Positions 55,181 through 64,000 of a stretch of 64,000 nucleotides of DNA are shown in pieces. The translations under genes and the position numbers were made by a program. The notes under the pieces were generated by a model that worked only from the letters and a program-made list of their open reading frames with translations, searched no databases and was not told the origin of the DNA. The DNA lies in NCBI GenBank assembly GCA_000146465.1, contig CP001943.1; one strand, given 5' to 3'. The first letter of the stretch is position 1, and every line of letters begins with the position of its first letter.

Positions 55181-56767
55181 GTGGAGAATGTGCATTCAAT
55201 TGTTATGAAACTGTGTTTTAAGATGTTTATAGTTTTTGGTATAAAGGCTTTTCTTGCTGTAAACAATACTATGCTACTTGTGTATCTTCTGGGCTGCCTT
55301 GCCGAGATAGTGGAGCAATGCAAGCCTATCAACGAGGGATATGTACTCAGTAAGTACTTTGCTCAGTGGTGCCCGGCGTGCCAAAACATGGGGCCGCTTA
55401 TAGAGGAGATCAGTAACAAGATAGACAGGCACGAAGCAAATCTAAAAATAAGAAGTGTTGACTGTGATGAATGTTCTTGTCCAAATGTCAAAAGTTACCC
55501 GACGCTGGAGATGTCTAAGGATGGAGAGACTCTTGGAAAGCTGGAGGGTCCTCAGGATTATGACGAAATAATTGAGTTTATTGTAAACCATACTGGAATC
55601 GAGAGAAGCGTGTTTGAAGGACATGCCGCACAGAAGGAGGCCGAGGTTAGGAGGTTGAATAAGAATGACTTCCTCAGTGGGTTTGATGGTCCTCATATTG
55701 TTCTGTTCTATTCCAGAGAGGACGACAAATACAGAGAAATATTTAAGGAGATTGCAAAGATCTATAATGGAAAGCTGAATGTCGGGGAGATCGACAGTGC
55801 AGAGTCTGCAGAGTTTGTCAATAGATATGACATCAGGTCTTATCCCTCGATATCTGGAATCTATAACGGATTGGTTGTTCCTTTCATAGAGAAAGGGAAA
55901 GAGCCCAGCATGCCCAACTTGATTGAGTTCTGCGACAAGCTCATCGAACAGTCGTTCGCCAATCTGACCCTTGCCAAGTTTGGAGAGCTAGCATCGAAGC
56001 TTGAGCCTGGAGAGCCTATCTATGTGGTCTTCCATAAGAACCTTGCGCTGGCCAATGCATACTTCCAGAGGATGGCCCACATGTACAAGTTCCGGGCCAG
56101 TATATACAGGTCAGATGACCAGGCTCTATTTGAAAAGGCATCCATATTCCCTAAGGAGCTAGGCTCTGGCTCAGACACAACCTCCAGCCCCAACCATGAA
56201 GATGTTGTCATTCTCTCTGTGTATAAGAACGGGGTCTTTTACAGATACTCAGATACCTTTGGAGATGAGACAAAGATAACAGATTGGATATTCCACACCC
56301 ACTACAGGTATTTAACAAGAATCGACAATCACAACTTCTACTCCATATTCCATGGCCTCAAGCCTGTAATGATACTTCTGACAAGAGGAGAGGAGCTAGT
56401 AAACAAGATGAACGAGTTTAGTGCAGACAGACACCTAGGGGTTCCATACACAGACATGATATTTGCTACCATGGAGATCGACGAGTATCCTCTCTTTGTC
56501 CCGACACTTCTCCCAAGACTTTCCACTCCTGCATTGATTGTGTTTGAACCCTGGAGAAATCTATTCCGCCACAAAAAGGCCAAGCTCACAGAAGACAACT
56601 TCATTTCTACAGCAATGGATACCTACACTCTGTACCAAAACAACCGCCTTCCGCTTTACCCGCCAAAATCACACAATGTTTTGAAGTACTGTTTGCTCGG
56701 TGGGCTAGTTCTCGGAGTCGGATTGTACTACTCCTCCAAGGCTGGCTTTGCAAAGAAGAACAAATAA
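55181..56767 (+). CDS. Protein disulfide isomerase-like thioredoxin-domain protein with C-terminal TM anchor
   Basis: Thioredoxin active site WCPACQ. N-terminal hydrophobic signal segment. Further thioredoxin-like folds. C-terminal TM (LLGGLVLGVGLYYS) with a KKNK tail. Confidence 0.6.
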   Translation: MENVHSIVMKLCFKMFIVFGIKAFLAVNNTMLLVYLLGCLAEIVEQCKPINEGYVLSKYFAQWCPACQNMGPLIEEISNKIDRHEANLKIRSVDCDECSCPNVKSYPTLEMSKDGETLGKLEGPQDYDEIIEFIVNHTGIERSVFEGHAAQKEAEVRRLNKNDFLSGFDGPHIVLFYSREDDKYREIFKEIAKIYNGKLNVGEIDSAESAEFVNRYDIRSYPSISGIYNGLVVPFIEKGKEPSMPNLIEFCDKLIEQSFANLTLAKFGELASKLEPGEPIYVVFHKNLALANAYFQRMAHMYKFRASIYRSDDQALFEKASIFPKELGSGSDTTSSPNHEDVVILSVYKNGVFYRYSDTFGDETKITDWIFHTHYRYLTRIDNHNFYSIFHGLKPVMILLTRGEELVNKMNEFSADRHLGVPYTDMIFATMEIDEYPLFVPTLLPRLSTPALIVFEPWRNLFRHKKAKLTEDNFISTAMDTYTLYQNNRLPLYPPKSHNVLKYCLLGGLVLGVGLYYSSKAGFAKKNK

Positions 56768-56826
56768 AACCTCTTTGACATATATTATTTTGAGAGAAAA
56801 ACAAAACGGAGAAGCCTCGTCCATCG

Positions 56827-58095
56827 ATGAAGTTGATTTACATTCTAGGAGATCTGCTTATCTCGTATTGGAAAGACATCCTAAAGGTAGTCATAGAAAC
56901 ACTCGTAATTTACCTAGTGGTTCGATTTAGATATCGCTCCAATAAGGATGTTATCATTTTTCCACAGAATGTAATTGATAAACTTGTGGCTGAGTTTGAT
57001 CCCGACGACTTGGTGAAAGACGTCCCCAGCGATGTGATGCTGCCCAGCGTGTACAAGGAAGGGATGGTTGATCTGGCAAACTTCGATGTGTTTGGGTTGG
57101 CAATGGAAAACAAGAAAGAGATTGTCGAGGCCATAAGAAAATATGGAGTTGGGACTTGTGGGCCTCGGGGATTCTATGGGACTCTGGACATTCACCTGGA
57201 CCTTGAGAGGACCATTAGCAGGGAGCTTGGTGCAGAGGCTTCCATTGTGTATCCAAACAGCTTCATAGCTGTCAACAGTATCATTGCGTGCTTCTGCAAG
57301 CAGCAGGACATTGTGTTTTACCACGAGGACTGTAACGAGGCTATTCTTAGGGGGATCGGGCTGTCGAAGTCGAAGAATATTGAATTTGCAAGCATCTCGG
57401 ACCTGGAGATAAAGCTGGAGTATTTCACGAGGCCGAAGGTAAGGAACTTTGTGATTATTGAAGGCCTTTCAAAAAACACAGGAAAGATTGTAGACATTAA
57501 AAAGATATTGGAACTCAGAGACAAATACAAGTTCAGGATTATCTTGGATGAGTCCTATGCCATTCCCCTGCTCAACAAAAGAGGAGTCTGCGGGGCAAAT
57601 GGAGTAAGTATTAAGGAGATCGACATTACCATTGGATCTCTGTCCGGGGGACTCTGTTGTGGTGGAGCATTCTCCTTAGGGACTTATCACGCTGTAGATT
57701 ACCAGAAGCTGTCTGGATCTTCCTACTGTTTCTCGGCGTCTCTGCCAGGAGCCTTAGCTAAGGCTGCAATCCTGAACATTCAGAGGGAGTTCGACTATGA
57801 GGGATTGAGAAACAGAGTGGAGTTGTTTCATGCAACTTTTGAGTCCAAGACATATGAGATTATGTCTTCTCCTCTATCACCCATAGTGATTGTTGTAAAG
57901 AAGAGAGAAGTAAGGAGGCCAATGTCTAGGGAGGCACTGCTAAAGGAAGTCCTAGATATAAGAAGTGAGCTTTTAAAGAATGGAATTATTGTTGGATTCA
58001 ACCACAATCCATATCCTTCCCTAAGAATTTGTCTGAAGGCCAAGATCCCAAGGGACGATGTTACAAGGCTCGCAGTCATGTTGAATAAATGGTAA
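56827..58095 (+). CDS. LCB1: Serine palmitoyltransferase subunit LCB1-like (class II aminotransferase fold)
   Basis: N-terminal TM, then GTCGPRGFYGTLDIHLDLERTISRELGAEASIVY and IIEGLSKNTGKIVDIKKILELRDKYKFRIILDESYAIP, paralleling LCB1 (GSCGPRGFYGT.DVHL.LE..IA.F.G...AILY; ...VVEGLY.N.G.I..LP.L..LK.KYK.R..LDES.SFG). Confidence 0.6.
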   Translation: MKLIYILGDLLISYWKDILKVVIETLVIYLVVRFRYRSNKDVIIFPQNVIDKLVAEFDPDDLVKDVPSDVMLPSVYKEGMVDLANFDVFGLAMENKKEIVEAIRKYGVGTCGPRGFYGTLDIHLDLERTISRELGAEASIVYPNSFIAVNSIIACFCKQQDIVFYHEDCNEAILRGIGLSKSKNIEFASISDLEIKLEYFTRPKVRNFVIIEGLSKNTGKIVDIKKILELRDKYKFRIILDESYAIPLLNKRGVCGANGVSIKEIDITIGSLSGGLCCGGAFSLGTYHAVDYQKLSGSSYCFSASLPGALAKAAILNIQREFDYEGLRNRVELFHATFESKTYEIMSSPLSPIVIVVKKREVRRPMSREALLKEVLDIRSELLKNGIIVGFNHNPYPSLRICLKAKIPRDDVTRLAVMLNKW

Positions 58096-58132
58096 CCAAA
58101 ATCTGTTTTATTTCTTGGAACATACATCTGTG

Positions 58133-58375
58133 TCATACCATGGCCTTCTTGGCAGGGAACTTTATAAGATCCACAATCTTCAACATCTTCGATGCTAGAG
58201 AAGACATCTCTGTGTCTAACAGAATTTCCATCAGCCCCGTGAAAATAGTCATCTGGGAGTGGTCGTACTGGCCTAAGATGTCATAGAGACACCTATCAGC
58301 TGCCTCCGGAACCTCAGAAAGGTTGCTGCTGAATATCAAGGAGTTCAGATGGACCAGACTGCTATGCATCCACAA
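58133..58375 (-). CDS. Possible small protein (80 aa) in the 330-nt gap between LCB1 and the next gene
   Basis: The only ORF in this gap. No motif. Confidence 0.2.
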   Translation of the reverse strand: MWMHSSLVHLNSLIFSSNLSEVPEAADRCLYDILGQYDHSQMTIFTGLMEILLDTEMSSLASKMLKIVDLIKFPAKKAMV

Positions 58376-58423
58376 GGGGTGGTGAGAGTAGAATAAAGAA
58401 ATATTTGCAGTATGAATCCTTAA

Positions 58424-60313
58424 ATGGGAATCTGCAGGAACAAGGACTTTGTAATAGTCTCTGAGAAAAACGAAATTCTAATGATGGATATTATGACACT
58501 CTCTGTGTTCCACAGAAGAGAATGTGGAGTTAACTCACCTGTGGCATGCAGCAACGAGTATGTATTTATTGGAGATGGATGTGGGGTTATGGCACTGGGT
58601 CTTCTCGATCTGAAGGAAAGGGAGGTATGCAGAATGAAAACACCTGTAACTGCCATTTTCCACCTGGATGGGTTTATATATTGTGGAAGTGAAGAGGGAA
58701 CTATCTATGTTTATGGAGGAGGGAGAAAAGAAGATGGAGATGTGGGTGAGGGAAAGGATTCCATGGATTTTCTAGGGTCTGAGCTTTCAAACGAGATGTT
58801 TTCTATGGATGACGGGGGATTTAAGCTTGTGAAAACCATGAAACATCCTGGGCCGGTGACTCAAATTTGTAGTGATGGGACAGAAGTGTTTGTGGCGGAT
58901 ATGAGGAACAAAGTAACGGTCTATCCATCCAAGAAAACCTATGACATCAAAAACCCTAAGCTTGCTTACAAGAATTACATATTTGCAAGCGAAAGGAACA
59001 TGCTTTATTGCAAAACGCGAAATGCATTTGCAACCTACCTGACAACGGAGAAACCGATAAGTGGCTACACCTTCAGCATGAATGGAGGAGTTTTATTTGC
59101 ACAGTGTAGAGATACCGTGGATGTTGTTGACTTCAATACCAAGAAAGTTGTAAAGAAGGTGGAGGTTGCAGGGAAGTTTGTATATGATGATGTTAGAGAC
59201 AGGTTGGTGTGGTTTGATGGAAAAAGACTTGTAGCTGTTGAGAATGTTCTCGAGAGGGAATATAAGGGGATGGATGGGATAATGTTTAGAGAGGATGGAC
59301 TTGTCGAGAAGAAGATCAAGATTGATGAAGAAATGGATGAGAATATTGTAGAGAAATACAGAGAAGATGGATTGTGGAAGAAGCCTCCGAAAAGGAAGTA
59401 TTTTAGAGCATCGTCGGAGGGAGAGAATGGATTAGGAGAAGGAGGGGAAGAGAAAAAAGAAGTGGTTGATCCTGACGAATGGGTGGAAGAAGCGAAGACA
59501 AAAGGAAAGGATAGTCTTGGGAGATCCAAGTTAGAAGCAGAACCTGGGAGTCTTCTATGCTATAATACCGAGGGCTATATGACTTGTATTGGGGATGAAG
59601 AAAGAGGTAGAATAGAAATCAACTACCATGATGTTTCTCGAAGAAGAATCGAGGTGGATGGTATCCAGGGATGTACTATAGGAAGTTTTTGCCAAGATAA
59701 CATTATAGTAGGAAATGGGAAGAAGATCTTTTATATCGGGCCATCCTCTCGATGGGAGAAAGAAGTTGAGGCAAGTATTGTTTCCGTGTCTGAGAAGATG
59801 GTGGTTTCCTTCTCTGGAGAGCTTCGGGTCTTTGGCCTTGACGGGTCCGAGATGCTTAACTGTCTTATTCCAGATGTAAGTGCCATATGTTGCCGTTCCG
59901 ATATCATTGTGGTGTTTTCACGAGAGATAATTGTGATTGATCTGTTTAAATCAACCGAAAGATTCTTTCTTCCATCTCCAGTGGACTTTGCTTGCTTCGA
60001 TGAAGGTGAAAAGGTTTTTTACAGAATCAACGGGAAAATGTACCAGCTTTATAAGGGACTTTCTGTTAGGGTGTGTGAAGCCCCGAAACAACCGCTAGCT
60101 GTGTTCAAGGGGAATGTGATTTCCTTAGGGCCTTCCAGAAGGTTGTTTCCATCTCCACATGTTGAATACACCCAATTCGATGTATTTGATCCATGCAGGT
60201 CCAAGGAGCCGATGGGTTCTACTGAAGATGAAGAAGTCCTCTGCAGTGAAGATTATGAGAACAAGAATGTAGAGGTGAGTAAGAGCAAGAGGTACAACCC
60301 CCTTAAGAAATAA
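58424..60313 (+). CDS. WD40/beta-propeller protein, tentatively Ctf4/AND-1-like
   Basis: N-terminal WD-like repeats. The later segment SIVSVSEKMVVSFSGELRVFGLDGSEMLNCLIPDVSAICCRSDIIVVF resembles the Ctf4 SepB-domain pattern (..SIVAIALGDSWVAVATS..LRLFTIGGVQ..). Acidic insert. The start may be an internal ATG. Confidence 0.35.
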   Translation: MGICRNKDFVIVSEKNEILMMDIMTLSVFHRRECGVNSPVACSNEYVFIGDGCGVMALGLLDLKEREVCRMKTPVTAIFHLDGFIYCGSEEGTIYVYGGGRKEDGDVGEGKDSMDFLGSELSNEMFSMDDGGFKLVKTMKHPGPVTQICSDGTEVFVADMRNKVTVYPSKKTYDIKNPKLAYKNYIFASERNMLYCKTRNAFATYLTTEKPISGYTFSMNGGVLFAQCRDTVDVVDFNTKKVVKKVEVAGKFVYDDVRDRLVWFDGKRLVAVENVLEREYKGMDGIMFREDGLVEKKIKIDEEMDENIVEKYREDGLWKKPPKRKYFRASSEGENGLGEGGEEKKEVVDPDEWVEEAKTKGKDSLGRSKLEAEPGSLLCYNTEGYMTCIGDEERGRIEINYHDVSRRRIEVDGIQGCTIGSFCQDNIIVGNGKKIFYIGPSSRWEKEVEASIVSVSEKMVVSFSGELRVFGLDGSEMLNCLIPDVSAICCRSDIIVVFSREIIVIDLFKSTERFFLPSPVDFACFDEGEKVFYRINGKMYQLYKGLSVRVCEAPKQPLAVFKGNVISLGPSRRLFPSPHVEYTQFDVFDPCRSKEPMGSTEDEEVLCSEDYENKNVEVSKSKRYNPLKK

Positions 60314-60383
60314 ATGGCTTTAAATTCTCTATGAACCAGGATGCAAGGTCTGTATGTGGTGTTGGTTATTGGAGGACTTATAA

Positions 60384-60455
60384 GGTGGTATGGTCTAGTG
60401 GTATGACGCTTGCTTAGGGTGCAAGAGGTCTTGGGTTCGAGTCCCAATACCGCCC
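60384..60455 (+). tRNA. tRNA-Pro (anticodon AGG)
   Basis: GGTGGTA-TG-GTCT-AGTGGTAT-GACG-CTTGC-TTAGGGT-GCAAG-AGGTC-TTGGG-TTCGAGT-CCCAA-TACCGCC-C. 7-bp acceptor with one U-G, 5-bp anticodon stem, U33, anticodon AGG. Followed by TTTT. Confidence 0.8.
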
Positions 60456-60520
60456 TTTTGCTTGTGCTTCCAAACACAGGGGAAAGAATTCTTCTGTTCT
60501 CTCTAAAATATCCAATTAAT

Positions 60521-61074
60521 TTATTTTCGAGTCTCCTTGGACTTCTTGTTAAACTTCTCGGTATAGAACTTCAGCTCGCTTCCCTGCAGAACATGTCCCA
60601 GAGCTGCTCCTGCCTGCCCAGGTCTTGAGGTGATGATTCCATATAGATGTCCTTTTTCAAAATTCTCATGCAACTCAGGATCAGTGCTGCTTCCTATCGT
60701 CTCGATATCCTCTTTGAATGGTTCTGCCTCAATCTTAACAACAGAGCTCTTCGTTAGAGTATTGGTACGAACAAGATCGTTGGAGCTGGGATGGTACACA
60801 ACCTGCAGAAGCTTGGATGCTCTAGTCTTCCCAGTGCTGGGGAATCGAAAGTACCCAACATCCAGCCTCAAAGCCTTATATTTCTTGTTTCCACCTCTCA
60901 CTCTAACAGGAATCACCCTCCTTTCCCCTATCTTTGTTGCACTCGGCTGAGATCCTGCCCTGTTGTTGCGCTTCTTGCGGCTGATTACAGCCTTTGCTCC
61001 CGTCTTCCTACGCTTGTGGTCTCCTCGATGGTTTATTCCTAAAATTAATCTTCCTTCGGAGATCACTTACCCAT
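60521..61074 (-). CDS. RPS8: 40S ribosomal protein S8 (eS8), two exons
   Basis: Exon 1 is 61071..61074 (ATGG) and exon 2 is 60521..61038. Removing the 32-nt intron gives M-GINHRGDHKRRKTGAKAV...RVRGGNKKYKALRLDVGYF...ASRPGQAGAALGHVLQGSELKFY, matching eS8 (MGISRDNWHKRRKTGGKR...RVRGGNKKYRALRLDVGNF...[23 protein letters not shown]). The ORF-track MISEGRLIL is intron read-through. Confidence 0.8.
61039..61070 (-). other. Spliceosomal intron (32 nt) in RPS8, phase 1 after ATG-G
   Basis: Minus-strand GTAAGTGATCTCCGAAGGAAGATTAATTTTAG. It shares GTAAGT and the (T)TAATTTTAG end with the RPS17 and RPL11 introns. Confidence 0.7.
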
Positions 61075-61075
61075 T

Positions 61076-61375
61076 TCAGGGCAAATTTTTTCTGCTCTCT
61101 TTATTGGAGTCTGCCTCGCTTTCATTCGGCTCCTCAGGGTTCTGAGATGTGCTGGGCACAAGTACTTCCATAGTCTTCTTTCCAAGTTCTGCCATCTCAT
61201 TTCCAGTTGCTTCCATCGCCTCCTTGATGGTTTCCATGTCAAGCTTCAATATCTTGTCTCTACGCAGTCCCATGATAAAGGCAGTAAGAGACGCTAAGAA
61301 CACGGTTGTTATAAAAGCCATCTTCAGCGTCATCAAAAAAAATATACCTTCCAAAGATAAATACTTCCTATCCAA
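61076..61375 (-). CDS. Hypothetical small membrane protein (one N-terminal TM segment, acidic C-terminus)
   Basis: MTLKMAFITTVFLASLTAFIMGL, then an acidic tail. The stop codon ends 1 nt before the RPS8 ATG. The true start is probably an internal ATG. Confidence 0.3.
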   Translation of the reverse strand: MDRKYLSLEGIFFLMTLKMAFITTVFLASLTAFIMGLRRDKILKLDMETIKEAMEATGNEMAELGKKTMEVLVPSTSQNPEEPNESEADSNKESRKNLP

Positions 61376-61911
61376 TCATTTTTCTCTGTTTCTTACACCA
61401 GAGGTCTCTGAAACAGACTCATCTGACTTCAAGAACAAAGATTTCTTTTATGGCAAGGCTCGGTGGATTCAGAAAGTAGAAGGAATATCAGATGTTATTG
61501 TATGTTGGGCACCGAAGATCTTTGCATGCTACGCTTGTGAGTATTGGTTCTATACCATCTGCTGCAGCTTTTTTAGTAATTCTGACCAAAGAATATCAAA
61601 GGGAGGATTCCATTGTTTCTACTGCCGTGGAGTTCATTACAAAGACCTTCCCGATCCTTTTCCAGGAGGATTCTTGGGGCAGTCTACAGAAGGAAGTTCC
61701 AAAACAAGGAATAGTTCTTTACCAGGCTGAGGATGACCGAGCAGCAATCCATAAAGCACTCTAGGGAAATGGATGAAGGAAGATCCATCCAAGTCGTGGA
61801 AAGGAGTAGAGCCATGTCCTACGAGATGACAAAAACCCAGGGGACAAAGGCTAAGAGGCATTCGGTAATTAATCAAAGATAAAATATAAAAATTGCATAG
61901 AATAAAGTGGT

Positions 61912-62253
61912 TTATATCTCATCGGCCTCAACCTTGTAGAGCTTGACAAACACATGGGTCCCGAGCTGCTTTGGGTTCAAGTTCCTTGTGAATTTAGCAC
62001 GGACCGCTCCAGAATTCCCGTGTATCCTGGTTACTACTCCATGGACAGGGTATTTTTCCCCTTCAGTGCTTGTCTTGAAGCAGACAACTCCGTTGCCCAC
62101 ATACTTCTCAGCCTCAATCTTGCTTCCCACGTTGTTGATCTTCAGAAGAGCATATCTTGGATGAAGTCTCCTCAGCCCTCTCTTGAAGGAAACAAATGTT
62201 GCAGGGATCGTTGTACGGCTCAACACCTCTTCACTCATTATTGGTTTAGACAT
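61912..62253 (-). CDS. RPL35A: 60S ribosomal protein L35a (eL33)
   Basis: FKRGLRRLHPRYALLKINNV...KYVGNGVV and HGVVTRIHGNSGAVRAKFTRNLNPKQLGTHVFVKLYK match eL33 (YKRGLRNQ...ALLKIEGV...[43 protein letters not shown]). Confidence 0.7.
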   Translation of the reverse strand: MSKPIMSEEVLSRTTIPATFVSFKRGLRRLHPRYALLKINNVGSKIEAEKYVGNGVVCFKTSTEGEKYPVHGVVTRIHGNSGAVRAKFTRNLNPKQLGTHVFVKLYKVEADEI

Positions 62254-62285
62254 AACGAGGGATCAAAATTTTTGTTTTCAAATGA

Positions 62286-62618
62286 TTACTGGAAGGACAG
62301 AGTATTTGTAATTGAATACAGGTTGCACACAAGCCCTTTCTCTTCTGTGCTTTTGTTAGGAACATACTTCTTCTTAACCTCCTCAAGAGCTGCCTTAAGG
62401 ATCCTTGGCTTAACCTCCTTGGGAAGGTCCTTCTTCGAGAACTTAGTCTTTGTGAAGTTGAAGAAGAATGCATGTTCATACACTGCCAGCATGGCATCAT
62501 CAACATACTCTAGGGTGTCGATGTTCTTGGCCTTGTACCTGAGATATTCTCTTTTAATCCTTTCGTAGTCGCAGACAAGGTGCTTTGTGGAGAGCTCCTG
62601 GATGTAGTTCCTCTTCAT
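62286..62618 (-). CDS. Hypothetical basic protein (110 aa)
   Basis: Clean ORF between RPL35A and the MAD1-like gene. K/R-rich. No confident family. Confidence 0.35.
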   Translation of the reverse strand: MKRNYIQELSTKHLVCDYERIKREYLRYKAKNIDTLEYVDDAMLAVYEHAFFFNFTKTKFSKKDLPKEVKPRILKAALEEVKKKYVPNKSTEEKGLVCNLYSITNTLSFQ

Positions 62619-62657
62619 TTAATGTTGGGCTGGCGTTATGGCCACTGAATTTGTTAC

Positions 62658-63272
62658 ATGATGGAAACCCCTAGAATGGAGGAGCTGTATAGGAAATTTT
62701 CAGAGACTCTAAGAGAAAACACATCGCTAAGACATCAGATTGTCGATCTCGAATCTGCCTTGAGCTCGAAGGAGCAGGAGCTATTGATGGCCAAAGAATC
62801 TTCAGGCTTAGGTCAATACTTGAGGAGGATAGAGTCTTTGGAGCGAGAAAATAAGAGGTTGAAAGACATGGTAGAGAGGGCAGGGCAGGACAACTGTGAG
62901 GGTGAGAATATAAACCCAAACGCGATCATGAGTGAAGAGAAAACAGAGAATGGAACCCATAGAAGTGAGACTAAAGATCCTAGTGGAGAGCTGCGCCAAT
63001 ACCTTAAGACAATAAGAGAATATGTCACAGGCCTTACAGGGTACAAAATGGAATTCCGGGATGGGGAAATCATCTTCCATTCCCTCTATGCCTTTGACAG
63101 CGAGGATGTTTTTATCTTCCGATACAAGTCTGGAAACATGGAGCTCGTTAACAACGACTTTGCCGCTTCATGGGCCACAGAGGTACAAAACTACCTGATT
63201 GCAGGAAAGTCCATTCCTGCATTCCTTGCAGCGGTCACCCTAGAACTCTTCAACAAGAAGACATTTGGATAG
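62658..63272 (+). CDS. MAD1: MAD1-like spindle-checkpoint protein (coiled coil plus conserved C-terminal domain), short form
   Basis: N-terminal coiled coil. The C-terminus GELRQYLKTIREYVTGLTGYKMEFRDGEIIFHSLYAF...MELVNNDFAASWATEVQNYLIAGKSIPAFLAAVTLELFNKKTFG matches the MAD1 C-terminal domain ending ...SIPAFLSSLTLELFSRQT. Confidence 0.55.
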   Translation: MMETPRMEELYRKFSETLRENTSLRHQIVDLESALSSKEQELLMAKESSGLGQYLRRIESLERENKRLKDMVERAGQDNCEGENINPNAIMSEEKTENGTHRSETKDPSGELRQYLKTIREYVTGLTGYKMEFRDGEIIFHSLYAFDSEDVFIFRYKSGNMELVNNDFAASWATEVQNYLIAGKSIPAFLAAVTLELFNKKTFG

Positions 63273-63323
63273 AGCAATGTGTTTTAATTCAAATAAAAAC
63301 TAACCGCTAAAGCATCCGGCCGC

Positions 63324-64000
63324 TTATTGGATACACTTGAGGAGATCCACTATTTTGTCGGGCTTCAAGTTGGAGAGGACGTTGTTTTGTTGGCTTATCT
63401 TCGGGAGGCTTTCCATAAACTCGTCCAGGAGCCTTGAGTTGTCTTTGATCTTCAGATCGAGGAAGTTGAATGAATTAAGGAAGCAATGGTATCTTCCAAG
63501 AATCCCTTCCATTTGTATATCCTTCTCCCTCTCGGGAAGAGCAGGAAGAATTGCATTGTCCTTAATCGAGCTCATCTTCTGGTCAACGAGCTCTCTGAAC
63601 AGCTCCATGCTCCCGATCATAAACTCGTATTCTATCATCGAGTCCCACATTCGGGACGTCTTCTCAAGCCTCTTAAACAAGGCTCTTGCATTTTCCTCAT
63701 CTCCTATCCGGAGCAGAAACAAGAAAAATTGCTCCTTTAGCAAGGTGGAGTCTGGATGCTTCAGGAGACCCGAGGAGAAGATATTGTAGGGTGTTGTTCG
63801 GCTTCCTGTTGCATAATACTCGACAAATGCGCAGTATATGAAGACATGAGGCCCTATTCCCTCGTTCCCAACTTCAATAAATAACTTCCTGAAAGATTCA
63901 AGACCCCTTTTCTTCAGGACATAGTTCAGATGGTTGATTCTTAACAGATCCGCTTCTCTTCCAGAAGACTTCCCGCCATCCTCATTCTCCTGGTAGAAAT
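63324..64000 (-). CDS. Partial CDS (C-terminal part; N-terminus beyond window end): HAT/TPR-repeat protein, possibly an RNA-processing factor (Rna14/CstF-77 or Syf1/Clf1-like)
   Basis: The minus-strand frame stays open upstream of the TTG-initiated ORF-track fragment (...GIGPHVFIYCAFVEYYATGSRTTPYNIFSSGLLKHPDSTLLKEQFFLFLLRIGDEENARALFKRLEK...). Repeated W/Y..LL..G half-a-TPR pattern. Confidence 0.4.
   Translation of the reverse strand, partial: FYQENEDGGKSSGREADLLRINHLNYVLKKRGLESFRKLFIEVGNEGIGPHVFIYCAFVEYYATGSRTTPYNIFSSGLLKHPDSTLLKEQFFLFLLRIGDEENARALFKRLEKTSRMWDSMIEYEFMIGSMELFRELVDQKMSSIKDNAILPALPEREKDIQMEGILGRYHCFLNSFNFLDLKIKDNSRLLDEFMESLPKISQQNNVLSNLKPDKIVDLLKCIQ

Noticed and set aside
61149-61730. 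Plus-strand ORFs 61149..61730 (193 aa) and 61954..62568 (204 aa).
   Set aside because: They overlap the minus-strand small TM gene and RPL35A plus the downstream gene respectively. Translations are Cys/Ser-rich junk typical of antisense frames.

Overview
This window looks like a compact eukaryotic chromosome segment of microsporidian type (Encephalitozoon-like). I infer that from the sequence alone: about 40% GC, roughly one gene per kb on both strands, intergenic spacers usually under 150 nt, a 4-nt ATGA stop/start overlap at 22341..22344, and three ultra-short spliceosomal introns of 23 to 32 nt at the extreme 5' ends of ribosomal protein genes. There are no prokaryotic operon, CRISPR, IS or rRNA features. 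I call about 60 protein-coding genes by family-level recognition of the translated ORFs, plus three tRNAs, each followed by a T-tract terminator, and a few TATA-like promoter elements. The recognisable proteins are: a Nup98-type FG nucleoporin ending in HF, proteasome Rpn2, Mps1, a Polo-like kinase, a Mad1 C-terminal domain, a CCT subunit, a DEAD-box helicase, an RFC small subunit, poly(A) polymerase, ubiquitin, a histone-fold protein, glutathione peroxidase, glyoxalase II, Dre2, a Jac1-like J-protein, SEC11, a PDI-like protein, LCB1, muskelin, a Tup1-like protein, a HIRA-like protein, TFIIA-gamma, TFIIF-beta, CDC5, SF3b14, and ribosomal proteins eS8, eS17, uL5, uL6, eL8, eL33 and RLP24. Three of the ribosomal protein genes (eS8, eS17, uL5) only reach a correct N-terminus if a tiny intron right after the start codon is spliced out, which the ORF track cannot show. 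The more unusual genes are an LRR plus class-III nucleotidyl-cyclase protein (Cyr1-like), a Sho1-like 4TM+SH3 protein, a secreted acidic Gly/Ser/Asp-rich protein with a terminal Cys cluster, and a possible Nup82/88-like gene next to the Nup98 homolog. The ORF track uses alternative start codons (GTG/TTG), so several listed N-termini are artefactual extensions; where I re-placed a start at the first plausible ATG I say so. Every coordinate I derived by hand (introns, tRNAs, re-placed starts, TATA boxes) carries about +/-1-2 nt uncertainty. All product names rest on motif recognition by eye, with no database search.
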